Positions 17,767 through 26,838 are shown, counted from the first letter of the stretch. The stretch is 32,000 nt of DNA from Alkanindiges illinoisensis DSM 15370 (GCF_000619845.1 NZ_JHUX01000003.1:790064-822063); one strand, 5' to 3'. Made by a program: numbers and translations. The notes: a model not told the origin generated them from the sequence alone.

Positions 17767-20700
17767 ATGTCTAATAAACCTGTTCATGATGACAACAACC
17801 CATTCGTACCAGCAGAAAACAGCACTGGCAATGGAAATCATCAGCCACCCAGAAAGTTGCCTGGAAAACATCGCCGCTTAAGATGGATTTTACTGATTCT
17901 TGTTGCTGGCTTGCTGGCGGTGGTTGCAACTGTGGCTTATATGACCACCACCGAAGAAGGCAGCAAGAAACTACTGACCCTGTTAACCAGCCGCCAGTCG
18001 ATGGTCACGTATACCTTTAAAGGTGGCAACCTGCAACAAGGGGTTACGCTGACCCATATTAAGGTCACCACCAAGACAGTCGATGTACTGGCTGAACAGG
18101 CAATTGTTAAAATCGGATGGCGTGCCTTGGTAGGCCGTGAGCTGCATTTCCGCTATGCCTCAATTGATGAGCTAAAAATCGTCAAAAAGACCCCACCCTC
18201 AGATAAGCCATTTGACTTTAAACAGCTTAAATTGCCAGTGACTTTGCGCTTTGACCAAGGCTTTGTGCATGGCTTGTCTATTCAAACCAAACCTACCAGC
18301 ACGTTCCGCTTTAATGAAGTGGTGCTGCATGATGCTGTCTGGTCAGGTACCAAGCTGGAAATGAAAAATTCCAGTCTGAAATTACCTTATCTAATGGCGC
18401 AGGAAATCACCGGTAAAATTGAATTCCACGATAAATATCCCTTGCATGTGAATGGACAACTGGTAATCCCAGGTCTGAAAAATCTGAATGTACAACGCAT
18501 CTTTGTTGCAGGCCGGGGAGACGTTGATAACCTGCGGGTCGGGGTGGCTATTCCTGCCGATAAGCCGGGTTTTATGAAAGGACAGGTCTTGCTGCATCCG
18601 GTGCGTAAGGATGTGCCTTATAATGGCCAACTGGACTGGCGTAACTTTAAGTGGCCCTTTGCCCTACAGCAAAACCTGTTTTCAAAATCCGGTGGTGCCC
18701 TAATTGAAGGTACTACTTCAGGTTTAAGCATTAACCTGCAAACTGATCTGTCAGGTAAATCCATTCCAACCGGTGATTATCAGGCACAGCTGGCCACCAA
18801 CTTCAAGAGTCTGGATATTCGCGCGCTGAATGGTCGCCTGATGGATGGCACGCTTCAGACCCAGGGAATGGTAAGCTGGCAGAACCATGTGCATTGGGAT
18901 ATTACCGGACGTGCCAATGGCCTGAACTCACAGGACAAGACTGTCCCTGAGGCCATTCGCGGTTATCTCCCGCCTGTAATCAACGGCAACTTATATTCCA
19001 AAGGCGAGCTATCGGCTATTCCTCATTTATATGCAGCAGTGCGACTGGATAGCCGTGAAACATGGCTGGCCGGGATTGCGCGTAAAGGCTCGCTGGGTAA
19101 CAGTGCTCAGCCACTGTGGATTGATGCACACTGGAAGAATATTAACCGTAAAATGGCAACAGTCGGTTATTTAAACAGTCCCACTGGACATGCCGTATTA
19201 AGCCTGCCGCAAGGCCGGTTAAATGCCAATGTGAGTGTCAGCGTGGGTGAAAGCAAAGAGGGTGTATTGCCTGCTGGCCAGTATCATGCCCTGATTCACA
19301 AGAAAAATAATCTGCTGGATATTCCAGAGATTAAATATCAGGGAAGCGCAGGTAATTTGCTAGGTAATGCCAATGTCAAACTGCCACAAGGCAAGCAGGG
19401 GTTGCAATGGCAGGCCAAAGCGACAACCCAGAACTTTGATCCAAGCCAACTGGTTGCCGCTGTACCGTTTAAGCGATTAAATGGCACTATTAATGCCAGT
19501 GGTTATGGCAGTAACAACAAGCAGGTTATTATACTTAAAAATACCCGATTGTCTGGTTATATTCCTGCATCTGGTGGGCAGGCTGGCCGTACTGTGGAGC
19601 TTACAGGCAACGCGACAGCAGCTTTACTCATGTATGATTCCAGTCATCAGAAAAAAGCACCAAAACAAAGTGGCTTAAAAAGTTTCGCTATACAGTTTAA
19701 TGGCGATCTAAAAACACCTGATGTACCCAATGGTGATCTGATCATCAAGGTATCGGGTACGCCAAAACTCATTAATATTGATGAATTCAGGCACGATGGA
19801 GCTGCGGGCAAGATCAATTTGAATGGTCAGGTAGACTTGTCTGAAGGTCCGGCGTGGCGCTTAAAAGGTGTACTAGACCGTTTTAATCCAGGCTTTTTTG
19901 CCAGTGGTTATGCAGGCTGGGTTAGTGGTAATTTCAACACGACTGGACGCTGGCAGACCAACCGTAAGGAAATTCAGCTTACCAATCTGAACTTGGATGG
20001 CGTGATTAAAAACCAGCCAGTGATTGGCCGTGGTTCACTGTTTGTCAGTTTGAGTGCAGATCAGAAAAATGGCCTGTTACCCAGCCGGTTTGAAGCTCAA
20101 AACCTGATTTTATCCTTTGCTGGCAATCAGGTATTTGCTAACGGTAACTCTAACCGCTTGGCGCTGGATGTTAATGCACCGGCACTCAACCAGCTTTACC
20201 CCGGTATTACTGGTCGGATTATTGGACGCATTAGCCTGACTGGCGATGAACGGCAGCCCGATGCCCTGGTTAATCTCAAGGTTGACCGGTTTTCCTTTAA
20301 AAACCAGATCACCATTCAGCAAGCCAGCCTGATCGGACGTATCCCGCAACTAGGCCGTCAGCCAGGTCAGCTTCAACTGGATATCCAGAATCTCAAGCGT
20401 GGAACCCAGACCTTAAAGCAAGGCCGTGTATTGCTGGTTGGTACCAAAGCTGCCCACGTATTACAAATTGCTGGCAATGGCGTAAATCCTGCCACCCGCT
20501 TTAGTGTACAGCTGGCTGGTGGCTTAAATGCCAGTAACGATTGGCTGGGACAAGTGCAAAAAGGGCTTCTATCCACCCGTCAGCTAATCCTCAATCAGGA
20601 TAAACCGGCAGCTCTGATTTATCGCTCCCAAGGTAGTGCTGTGTATCTGGACCAGCATTGCTGGGCAGGTGCCGGAAGCAAGTTGTGCCTGACCGAACCC

Positions 20701-22365
20701 CTGCAAGCCAGTAGTGCCAAAGGGCTGGTTGCCGTACAGTTGCAAAATCTGGATATTGGTAGTTTTCAGGCCTTTATGCCGCAAGGTGTAGCATGGAACG
20801 GCAAGATGTTTGGTCATGCCAAGGTGACCTGGCTTGGCAATAATGCCCCAACCTTAAATGCCCAGATTTATACCGATGATGGTGAAATTGGCCTGGCGCC
20901 GGAAGATCCACAGGATGATCCCTTAACCTTGCCTTACCAGCGTTTAAGCCTGATTGCAGTCACGCAACCAGATGGAATTAAACTGCGCTTTGATGCCAAA
21001 ACGCCGGGGATTGGTAAGGGCTATATTGATGCTACTATCAATCCCAGTGTAACCCCGAAAACAGTTAACGGCGCGCTGGTGCTGGAAAATGTTCAGGTCA
21101 ATATCTTTAAGCCATTTTTCCCCGGCATGCGAGTATTAAATGGTGTGGCTTCACTGGCAGGTGGTGTTTCCGGGCCGCTCACTGCGCCGGATTTCTATGG
21201 CGAATTCCGTCTGCGTGATGGTCAGGTTGCCATGAATAACCTGCCAATCAATTTAAGCCGCATTAATTTAAGCTCCAGTGTTCGCGGAACCGAAGCAACA
21301 CTGGATGGCAGTTTCTATAGCGGTGATGGCTTGGCAAAACTCACTGGTGATGCAAACTGGCAGGGTGTTCCCTATGTGAACCTGAGCTTAAGAGGAGAAC
21401 GTTTGCTGATCCGGCAGGCGCCCTTGCTAACCGCACGGGTAACCCCTTCCATTGATGCCAGAATCTTACCTACCGAACGCCAGATTAGCGTTAATGGTAA
21501 TGTAGATATTCCAAGTGCTGTTATTTCCTTACCGGAAAATAATGCTGATGTCATTGCCAAATCAGGAGATGTACGCATCGTACGTAGCGATCAAGTGGAT
21601 GAGCGTGTGATGAAAGCAGCCCGGCCGTGGGGTATTTATGCTGATATCGACCTTGCCCTGGGGGATGATGTGTATTTCCGTGGTTTTGGAACCAGCATTC
21701 CACTGGGTGGAAAACTGAACCTTACCCAGCGCGGCCTAGATACTGCCATGCGCGGAAATGGCGCAATTGGTGTACGCCAGAATGTAACCATTGAAGCATT
21801 TGGCCAGCGGTTACAGCTTAACCGTGGTATTGCACGCTTTAACGGCATTATTACCCAGCCAACACTGGACATTGATGCCACCAAGGTAGTAAGTAACCGA
21901 ACCATTGGTGTGCGCGTGACTGGCCGGGCAAGTAATCCCAACATTGCTGTTTACAACGATGCAGGCCTGTCAGAACAAGAGGCTTTGAACGCTTTGCTCA
22001 CGGGTAGAATCAGCTCAGCCAACCCGACAGTCAATAATACGGCAGGATTTAAGAGTGAAGTGAACAATACCATCGCAGCGGCAGGAATTAGCATGGGCCT
22101 TGGGGGGACACGTAAAATCACAAACCGTATTGGCAGAACCTTTGGCCTGGATTCACTCACACTGGATGCTGAAGGGGTAGGTGATGATACACAGGTAAGC
22201 CTGACAGGTTATATTACTCCGGATCTTTACTTGCGCTATGGCGTGGGGGTATTTACACCGGTTAATCGCTTAACCTTACGCTATCAGTTAAATCGGCGCC
22301 TTTACATTGAAGCCAGTTCTGCTTTGGACAGGGCAGTTGATATGTTTTACAACTGGCGTTTTTGA
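17767..22365 (+). CDS. tamB: translocation and assembly module inner-membrane-anchored subunit TamB (DUF490 C-terminus)
   Basis: 1532 aa. N-terminal anchor RLRWILLILVAGLLAVVATVAYM, a long beta-rich body, and a C-terminal ..GYITPDLYLRYGVGVFTPVNRLTLRYQLNRRLYIEASSALDRAVDMFYNWRF typical of TamB. Confidence 0.9.
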   Translation: MSNKPVHDDNNPFVPAENSTGNGNHQPPRKLPGKHRRLRWILLILVAGLLAVVATVAYMTTTEEGSKKLLTLLTSRQSMVTYTFKGGNLQQGVTLTHIKVTTKTVDVLAEQAIVKIGWRALVGRELHFRYASIDELKIVKKTPPSDKPFDFKQLKLPVTLRFDQGFVHGLSIQTKPTSTFRFNEVVLHDAVWSGTKLEMKNSSLKLPYLMAQEITGKIEFHDKYPLHVNGQLVIPGLKNLNVQRIFVAGRGDVDNLRVGVAIPADKPGFMKGQVLLHPVRKDVPYNGQLDWRNFKWPFALQQNLFSKSGGALIEGTTSGLSINLQTDLSGKSIPTGDYQAQLATNFKSLDIRALNGRLMDGTLQTQGMVSWQNHVHWDITGRANGLNSQDKTVPEAIRGYLPPVINGNLYSKGELSAIPHLYAAVRLDSRETWLAGIARKGSLGNSAQPLWIDAHWKNINRKMATVGYLNSPTGHAVLSLPQGRLNANVSVSVGESKEGVLPAGQYHALIHKKNNLLDIPEIKYQGSAGNLLGNANVKLPQGKQGLQWQAKATTQNFDPSQLVAAVPFKRLNGTINASGYGSNNKQVIILKNTRLSGYIPASGGQAGRTVELTGNATAALLMYDSSHQKKAPKQSGLKSFAIQFNGDLKTPDVPNGDLIIKVSGTPKLINIDEFRHDGAAGKINLNGQVDLSEGPAWRLKGVLDRFNPGFFASGYAGWVSGNFNTTGRWQTNRKEIQLTNLNLDGVIKNQPVIGRGSLFVSLSADQKNGLLPSRFEAQNLILSFAGNQVFANGNSNRLALDVNAPALNQLYPGITGRIIGRISLTGDERQPDALVNLKVDRFSFKNQITIQQASLIGRIPQLGRQPGQLQLDIQNLKRGTQTLKQGRVLLVGTKAAHVLQIAGNGVNPATRFSVQLAGGLNASNDWLGQVQKGLLSTRQLILNQDKPAALIYRSQGSAVYLDQHCWAGAGSKLCLTEPLQASSAKGLVAVQLQNLDIGSFQAFMPQGVAWNGKMFGHAKVTWLGNNAPTLNAQIYTDDGEIGLAPEDPQDDPLTLPYQRLSLIAVTQPDGIKLRFDAKTPGIGKGYIDATINPSVTPKTVNGALVLENVQVNIFKPFFPGMRVLNGVASLAGGVSGPLTAPDFYGEFRLRDGQVAMNNLPINLSRINLSSSVRGTEATLDGSFYSGDGLAKLTGDANWQGVPYVNLSLRGERLLIRQAPLLTARVTPSIDARILPTERQISVNGNVDIPSAVISLPENNADVIAKSGDVRIVRSDQVDERVMKAARPWGIYADIDLALGDDVYFRGFGTSIPLGGKLNLTQRGLDTAMRGNGAIGVRQNVTIEAFGQRLQLNRGIARFNGIITQPTLDIDATKVVSNRTIGVRVTGRASNPNIAVYNDAGLSEQEALNALLTGRISSANPTVNNTAGFKSEVNNTIAAAGISMGLGGTRKITNRIGRTFGLDSLTLDAEGVGDDTQVSLTGYITPDLYLRYGVGVFTPVNRLTLRYQLNRRLYIEASSALDRAVDMFYNWRF

Positions 22366-22380
22366 CAAACTGCTAAATTA

Positions 22381-22416
22381 AAAAAAGCCTGATGATTTAA
22401 AGTCAGGCTTTTTTTA
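22381..22416 (+). terminator. Rho-independent terminator of tamAB
   Basis: Stem AGCCTGA (22386-22392) / TCAGGCT (22403-22409), 10-nt loop, then a T-run (22409-22415). Flanking A5/T5 runs can extend the stem. Confidence 0.8.
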
Positions 22417-22567
22417 TCGCTAAATATTATAAAAATAGTTATTTAAAAAATAACTCATTAATTAATGATCTAAATAACTCGTCAGTCATTTCATCTAAAA
22501 AATATTGCATTTAAACTAAAACAACGCTAAAAAATAGCAATAATTATTTCAATGTTTGGGGAGAACA

Positions 22568-22786
22568 ATGGATAGAGGGAAAAAATGTAATTATTGCAAT
22601 AGCCTTATTACAAGCAGTGATAAAGTATGCAGTTTTTGTGGCTATCAGCAACGTGGATATAATCAAGGATTCAGGATGTTTGCCATTGTTGTAGCAATTA
22701 TCATTATTATATTTACTTTTTGGGGAACTCGAAAAATTCCTCAGGATCAGGCTTTATCACATACTCAGATTCATTATAAAAATTAA
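22568..22786 (+). CDS. small zinc-ribbon protein with one transmembrane helix (72 aa from ATG 22568)
   Basis: CNYC...CSFCG knuckles followed by FAIVVAIIIIIFTFWG. GGGGAGA precedes ATG 22568, and the track's 22556 start is a TTG. It is a paralog-like match to 3635-3868: CxxCxxLxxSxxxCxFCG[FY]xxxxYxxxFxxF-TM. Confidence 0.55.
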   Translation: MDRGKKCNYCNSLITSSDKVCSFCGYQQRGYNQGFRMFAIVVAIIIIIFTFWGTRKIPQDQALSHTQIHYKN

Positions 22787-22828
22787 CTACTATTTAACAT
22801 TAAGTGTTTGAAAATTAAATTATATTAA

Positions 22829-22866
22829 TAAAAAAAGCGACGATATCAGAGTAATTTAATATCGTC
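22829..22866 (-). terminator. Rho-independent terminator downstream of the 110-aa ORF (minus strand)
   Basis: Stem GACGATAT (22839-22846) / ATATCGTC (22859-22866), 12-nt loop. On the minus strand it is followed by GC plus T7 (complement of 22830-22838). It lies 28 nt past the ORF stop. Confidence 0.65.
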
Positions 22867-22893
22867 ACTTATCAATAAAACTACCGTTATAAA

Positions 22894-23226
22894 CTAATTT
22901 ATTGTTATTGGAATCCTGAAATTTTTTAAGATAATGTTAAATTTCTTAATTTTAAAATCTAAAAGCAGGGTAAATAGCTTTTTATTTAACCTTAACGGTT
23001 GATACCCAAATATTAAAGCCAGTCGAGAGAGCAGATTTATTCTGCCCAAAAATATATTATTAATATAATCGAAATTTAAATATACTACTTTATAATTTAT
23101 TAAAAACTGAGGTTCTAAGGAAAAATAACCAGTATAGGCATTATTGATTAATGATAAGTAAAAGCCAGCTTTCTCTTGTGCTTTTAAAAAGCACTCATTA
23201 GAGAAATCAGTATTTACGTTAATCAT
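22894..23226 (-). CDS. hypothetical protein (110 aa), very AT-rich, no family recognised
   Basis: It is the only ORF in a 680-bp stretch. It is bracketed by a candidate promoter/operator (23311-23339) and a good minus-strand terminator (22829-22866). The Shine-Dalgarno sequence is weak. Composition is rich in Asn, Ile, Leu, Phe and Lys. Confidence 0.45.
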   Translation of the reverse strand: MINVNTDFSNECFLKAQEKAGFYLSLINNAYTGYFSLEPQFLINYKVVYLNFDYINNIFLGRINLLSRLALIFGYQPLRLNKKLFTLLLDFKIKKFNIILKNFRIPITIN

Positions 23227-23315
23227 GATAAATCACTTGTACCCAGTTAAAAATCTATTATAGTACTCACTAAAGCATACCAATAATTTCAAGTATGCTT
23301 TATGATTTTTATGGT

Positions 23316-23329
23316 ACAGACAGTTCTGT
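23316..23329. promoter_or_regulatory. palindromic box ACAGACAGTTCTGT, candidate TetR operator inside a minus-strand promoter
   Basis: An inverted repeat. On the minus strand the box lies within the 17-nt spacer between TTGCAA (23339-23334) and TACCAT (23316-23311) and overlaps the first -10 base. It matches the box at 25289-25302 at 12 of 14 positions. Confidence 0.4.
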
Positions 23330-23569
23330 CTATTTGCAATTAAATGTTATCTAAGTGCTAGTTTTTTAACCATCGTGTGATTTTTTGTATAAATTATAAA
23401 ATTCAACAACTTATCATCAGCATATAGATATTTAAGATAAAAAATAGATTTTTGATCTACAAATTTGATAGAAAAATTGAAGAAATTATCATTATTGAGG
23501 TAAATTTGTGCAAATTATGGAGCCAATAAAAACTTAAATATGACTATAGTCTAATGGTTATTTTTAAAA

Positions 23570-24142
23570 TTAATGATTTTTGGATTGTAAGATCAGATTT
23601 TCAACAAAAGCCCAGCTGGAATCAAGTTTCATACCACCTGCATAAGCGAAGATATTGGCGTTAACGGTTAAGCCATCCAGTGTCACCATAATGAAATTAG
23701 CCAGTGAGGCAGGATGTTGTACACCAATAATTGTCAATAATTCCTCTACAACATCAGTCAGCCACTGCTTGTGATCCTGAGAGATTTGCCGAATCTTTGG
23801 GGTGTCCTGTGAGAACTCTTCAGAGGCTTTAATAAACATGCAGCCATAGAAATTAGGTTGCTCAAACCATTTTTCATACCACTGAAAAATACTTTTAATT
23901 TTTTCTAAAGGGGTTGTTGCTTCATCCATAGTTTGGATTATACTGGTACGCAACTGCTCATCACGACGGATCAGAATGCTTTCGATCAAGTGTTCTTTAG
24001 AGGGGAAATATTTATATAACGTCATTTTAGCGACGTTTGATTCAGAAATAATTCGATCAATGCCAATAGCATGAAAGCCATGCTGCGCAAATAATGCAGT
24101 GGCAGTTTCATAGATCATTTCTTTTTTGGAGCTACTTTTCAA
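23570..24142 (-). CDS. TetR/AcrR family transcriptional regulator
   Basis: 190 aa. HTH region: EMIYETATALFAQHGFHAIGIDRIISESNVAKMTLYKYFPSKEHLI. The TTG start at 24142 is preceded by AAGGA with a 6-nt spacer. An alternative ATG lies 8 codons downstream. Confidence 0.85.
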   Translation of the reverse strand: MKSSSKKEMIYETATALFAQHGFHAIGIDRIISESNVAKMTLYKYFPSKEHLIESILIRRDEQLRTSIIQTMDEATTPLEKIKSIFQWYEKWFEQPNFYGCMFIKASEEFSQDTPKIRQISQDHKQWLTDVVEELLTIIGVQHPASLANFIMVTLDGLTVNANIFAYAGGMKLDSSWAFVENLILQSKNH

Positions 24143-24351
24143 GGTTAATCCTTATTCACAATATACTGTATGAGAAATAAATCGCTTGAAGTAAATCGGA
24201 GATAGCTAGATTGAATCGATAATTATATCTCTTTTTAGGGTTATTTTCTCGATTAGTTCTAAAAAAATAGAAAATTTGGTAACCAGCGTTTTATACAATA
24301 TATCGATGCTATTAAGCAAGCTTATTTTAGTAAAATAAAAGATTTTTAAAG

Positions 24352-25191
24352 TCAGCGTGTTAGATGGTTGTTGGCTTCATACTGATATAACCAGAAGCGA
24401 TTCCACAAATCACAGTAGTGTATGCACATGGCTTCCAGAGAAGGATAGATTTCTGGAGTACATGCCTGAATCAAAGTAAACCATAGGTCATCTTCATGGT
24501 CATCATCAGCTGCAAGGGCTGTATTATCAGATGACACCCCATGTACATAATAGTAACCATGCTCAACATTCAGGCCGACACTTTTAGTGGCTTGTCTTAA
24601 GGGCGGGCTGTACAGGATTACCTGTTGTTCTGCAACCGCCAGCAGGGCAACCACGGCAATATAAGTATCATAACTTTTTTCCAGATATTGCCTCACTTCT
24701 ACAGCAATCTGGCTTGGATTATAGTTCTCACGCTCTGCAATGGAAATATTCAGTTCGTTGAGCACTTTCTCAAACAGTGGATAATGGGCATAGGCTGGAT
24801 TACCCTGATAGTAATTTATAGTGCTTGTGCCAGGTTGAAATCCAAATTCGTCCAGCACATTCAAAGTAAGCAGGAACCGCGCAATCATTTTAATGCCCGC
24901 AGGGAGACGGGGTTCGAGCTGTCTGGCCTGATATTGTGCCATCAATAAGGCATCGGTGAAAATCTGTACGATGGCATGACGATATTCAAGATGAATATTC
25001 TTTACCGCTTGATGATTAAAGCGCCCATTAGTCAATAATTCAATCATGGGATTATTTGCTAATGGATGATTTTTAATTTTGTTTTTTAATTGGGCAATAA
25101 ATTGCTCATTGGTATCCCACAGTTCCTTAGGGATACTTTTTTTTAACTTTTCAACAGCAATTTCTCTAGGTTGATCTATATCAATATGCAT
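24352..25191 (-). CDS. heme-oxygenase-like di-iron enzyme (iron-containing redox enzyme family, Haem_oxygenas_2-like), substrate unknown
   Basis: 279 aa, helical. HPLANNPMIELL.., HLEYRHA (ExxH), NVLDEFG, AVAEQQV and DDDHEDD give the spaced Glu/His/Asp pattern of HDO-type proteins. The family call is by motif memory only. Confidence 0.65.
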   Translation of the reverse strand: MHIDIDQPREIAVEKLKKSIPKELWDTNEQFIAQLKNKIKNHPLANNPMIELLTNGRFNHQAVKNIHLEYRHAIVQIFTDALLMAQYQARQLEPRLPAGIKMIARFLLTLNVLDEFGFQPGTSTINYYQGNPAYAHYPLFEKVLNELNISIAERENYNPSQIAVEVRQYLEKSYDTYIAVVALLAVAEQQVILYSPPLRQATKSVGLNVEHGYYYVHGVSSDNTALAADDDHEDDLWFTLIQACTPEIYPSLEAMCIHYCDLWNRFWLYQYEANNHLTR

Positions 25192-25288
25192 AATAATCTA
25201 GGATTTAAACGTATGAATAGTTTCATTAAAGAGAATTTATCTATCTAATGTTTAATTTAACTTCATAATTGAAGCATATTTGTTTGGG

Positions 25289-25302
25289 ACAGACAAGTCT
25301 GT
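25289..25302. promoter_or_regulatory. palindromic box ACAGACAAGTCTGT, candidate TetR operator upstream of the HDO gene
   Basis: A perfect 6+2+6 inverted repeat (ACAGAC aa GTCTGT) about 100 nt upstream of the HDO start at 25191. On the minus strand it overlaps a possible TTGTCT -35, followed by 17 nt and TTCAAT. Confidence 0.4.
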
Positions 25303-25613
25303 ATCAGTGACTGGTCTGATAAATTTTTAAAGCTTGATTTTAATCATAAAAATTCTATTTTGTGAATTTATTTATTTGGGTTTAAAAGAAAAATCCAAAG
25401 CTTGCTAAGACCTCATAATAAAGCAGGAATGTGATAGTCAGGCAGAAAAATCAATGGGAATTTTAATAACAACAATGTATGAGGTTTTATAGCCTCAAAC
25501 CCATCTTTATATGTAAATATTCGACGTTAATTTAGGAAGAGCGTGAACGATTGTTTGTACGAGAAGTTAAAATTTCAATGGCTCTCTCATGCTATCAATG
25601 GAAAAGCTCAAAT

Positions 25614-25886
25614 TTACCGATTGTCTACACCTGACGATTGATTGGCAATTAATGTGGCACCACAGGCAGTTTTATCGCCATGACGGGCAACTGCACGGCC
25701 ATTGATTAAAAGAGCGCTATCGCCAGTCATAATTGTCGTTACGCCGCCATGCCCTTTTTGCGGACAGGTGACTTTATCACCGACACAGGCAATAGCAACG
25801 CCATTGATGGTACTGGTTGAACTACTCTGGATCACTTTGCCCCCATGACTGGTCGTGGCGCCTACGGTAATAATCGCTTTACTCAT
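25614..25886 (-). CDS. PAAR-domain protein (T6SS spike tip), no toxin extension
   Basis: 90 aa, rich in Gly, Val and Thr, with repeated ..GD.v.C.. / ARHGDKTACGA motifs typical of minimal PAAR proteins. It is the last gene of the T6SS string. Confidence 0.9.
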   Translation of the reverse strand: MSKAIITVGATTSHGGKVIQSSSTSTINGVAIACVGDKVTCPQKGHGGVTTIMTGDSALLINGRAVARHGDKTACGATLIANQSSGVDNR

Positions 25887-25902
25887 TGTTATCTCCTGTG
25901 AG

Positions 25903-26838
25903 TTATTCTAATGCTGAAAGTGGCTGGCTACTTTCAGCAACCAGTTTTTCAGCCATTGCTGCATTTCCTAGAATGCCTTTAATCCGAAATTCGGTATGGC
26001 CCAGATCCATCATTTTCCAGCGGCCTCCCCAGGTCAAACCTACAGATTCAGCGACTTCGCCATAGTATCGATATCCCTGCATGGCCCATGGATCTTTTTC
26101 AGTAATAACAACTTTGCCATTACGCAAAAACGCAACATCACCTGCCAATCCAAACTGGTGATAACTACGGTATCCGGTAGCTTTGGTCACATGCGTTCCC
26201 TTGGCAGCCAGCATATTTTGTCGTTGTGGGCTTCGATAACCTTCCAGTAATACCATTTCATAACCATAACGTTCTTTCATAAGCTTAAATACTAGAAGAA
26301 GGCGCTGGGCATAACGTGGATTAATCTTGTCCCATTTCCGGTCGGCAAAACGCAGGTCAGTGGTATGCACCGCTGCTAGTGGAATATCAAGAGTGGACGA
26401 TTGCTGGGCAACTTGTTCAGCTTGCCGGGCAATCGCTTCTGCAGCCACAATCAGTTCTGCGTCAACTTCTGGTGGAGGTACTAGCATTTCACCTTCCAGC
26501 AAGGCATAAATTTGTGGGTCAACAGAATTTATGCTTTCGTCATTCAGCATAGGCAGGGTAGTATCGCGGGTTGCCATCCATAAGGCAGGTGACCCGAGTA
26601 GGAATATCCCTGCCAATATCACCAATATTTGCTGCTGATCCCAGCCATTGCCAGGTTTTGAGACTTTAATTTTTAGTGATAAGTTTTCGATTTTGCGATA
26701 AGAATTCTTAAGATTATACTGACTTTGTGGAATAAGGTTTTTGATACTATTCCATAGGTAAACCCGCCATTGCGTAGACAACAGTATGCCACTCACAATA
26801 GTGATCATTAGAAAATACAATAACACTAGCCAGATCAT
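25903..26838 (-). CDS. tagX: TagX-like membrane-anchored peptidoglycan L,D-endopeptidase (peptidase M15/VanY-like)
   Basis: N-terminal TM helix (IWLVLLYFLMITIVSGILL). The C-terminal domain carries the Zn ligands HQFGLAGD (Hx6D) and LGHTEF. Its position between tssL and PAAR matches Acinetobacter T6SS clusters. Confidence 0.8.
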   Translation of the reverse strand: MIWLVLLYFLMITIVSGILLSTQWRVYLWNSIKNLIPQSQYNLKNSYRKIENLSLKIKVSKPGNGWDQQQILVILAGIFLLGSPALWMATRDTTLPMLNDESINSVDPQIYALLEGEMLVPPPEVDAELIVAAEAIARQAEQVAQQSSTLDIPLAAVHTTDLRFADRKWDKINPRYAQRLLLVFKLMKERYGYEMVLLEGYRSPQRQNMLAAKGTHVTKATGYRSYHQFGLAGDVAFLRNGKVVITEKDPWAMQGYRYYGEVAESVGLTWGGRWKMMDLGHTEFRIKGILGNAAMAEKLVAESSQPLSALE

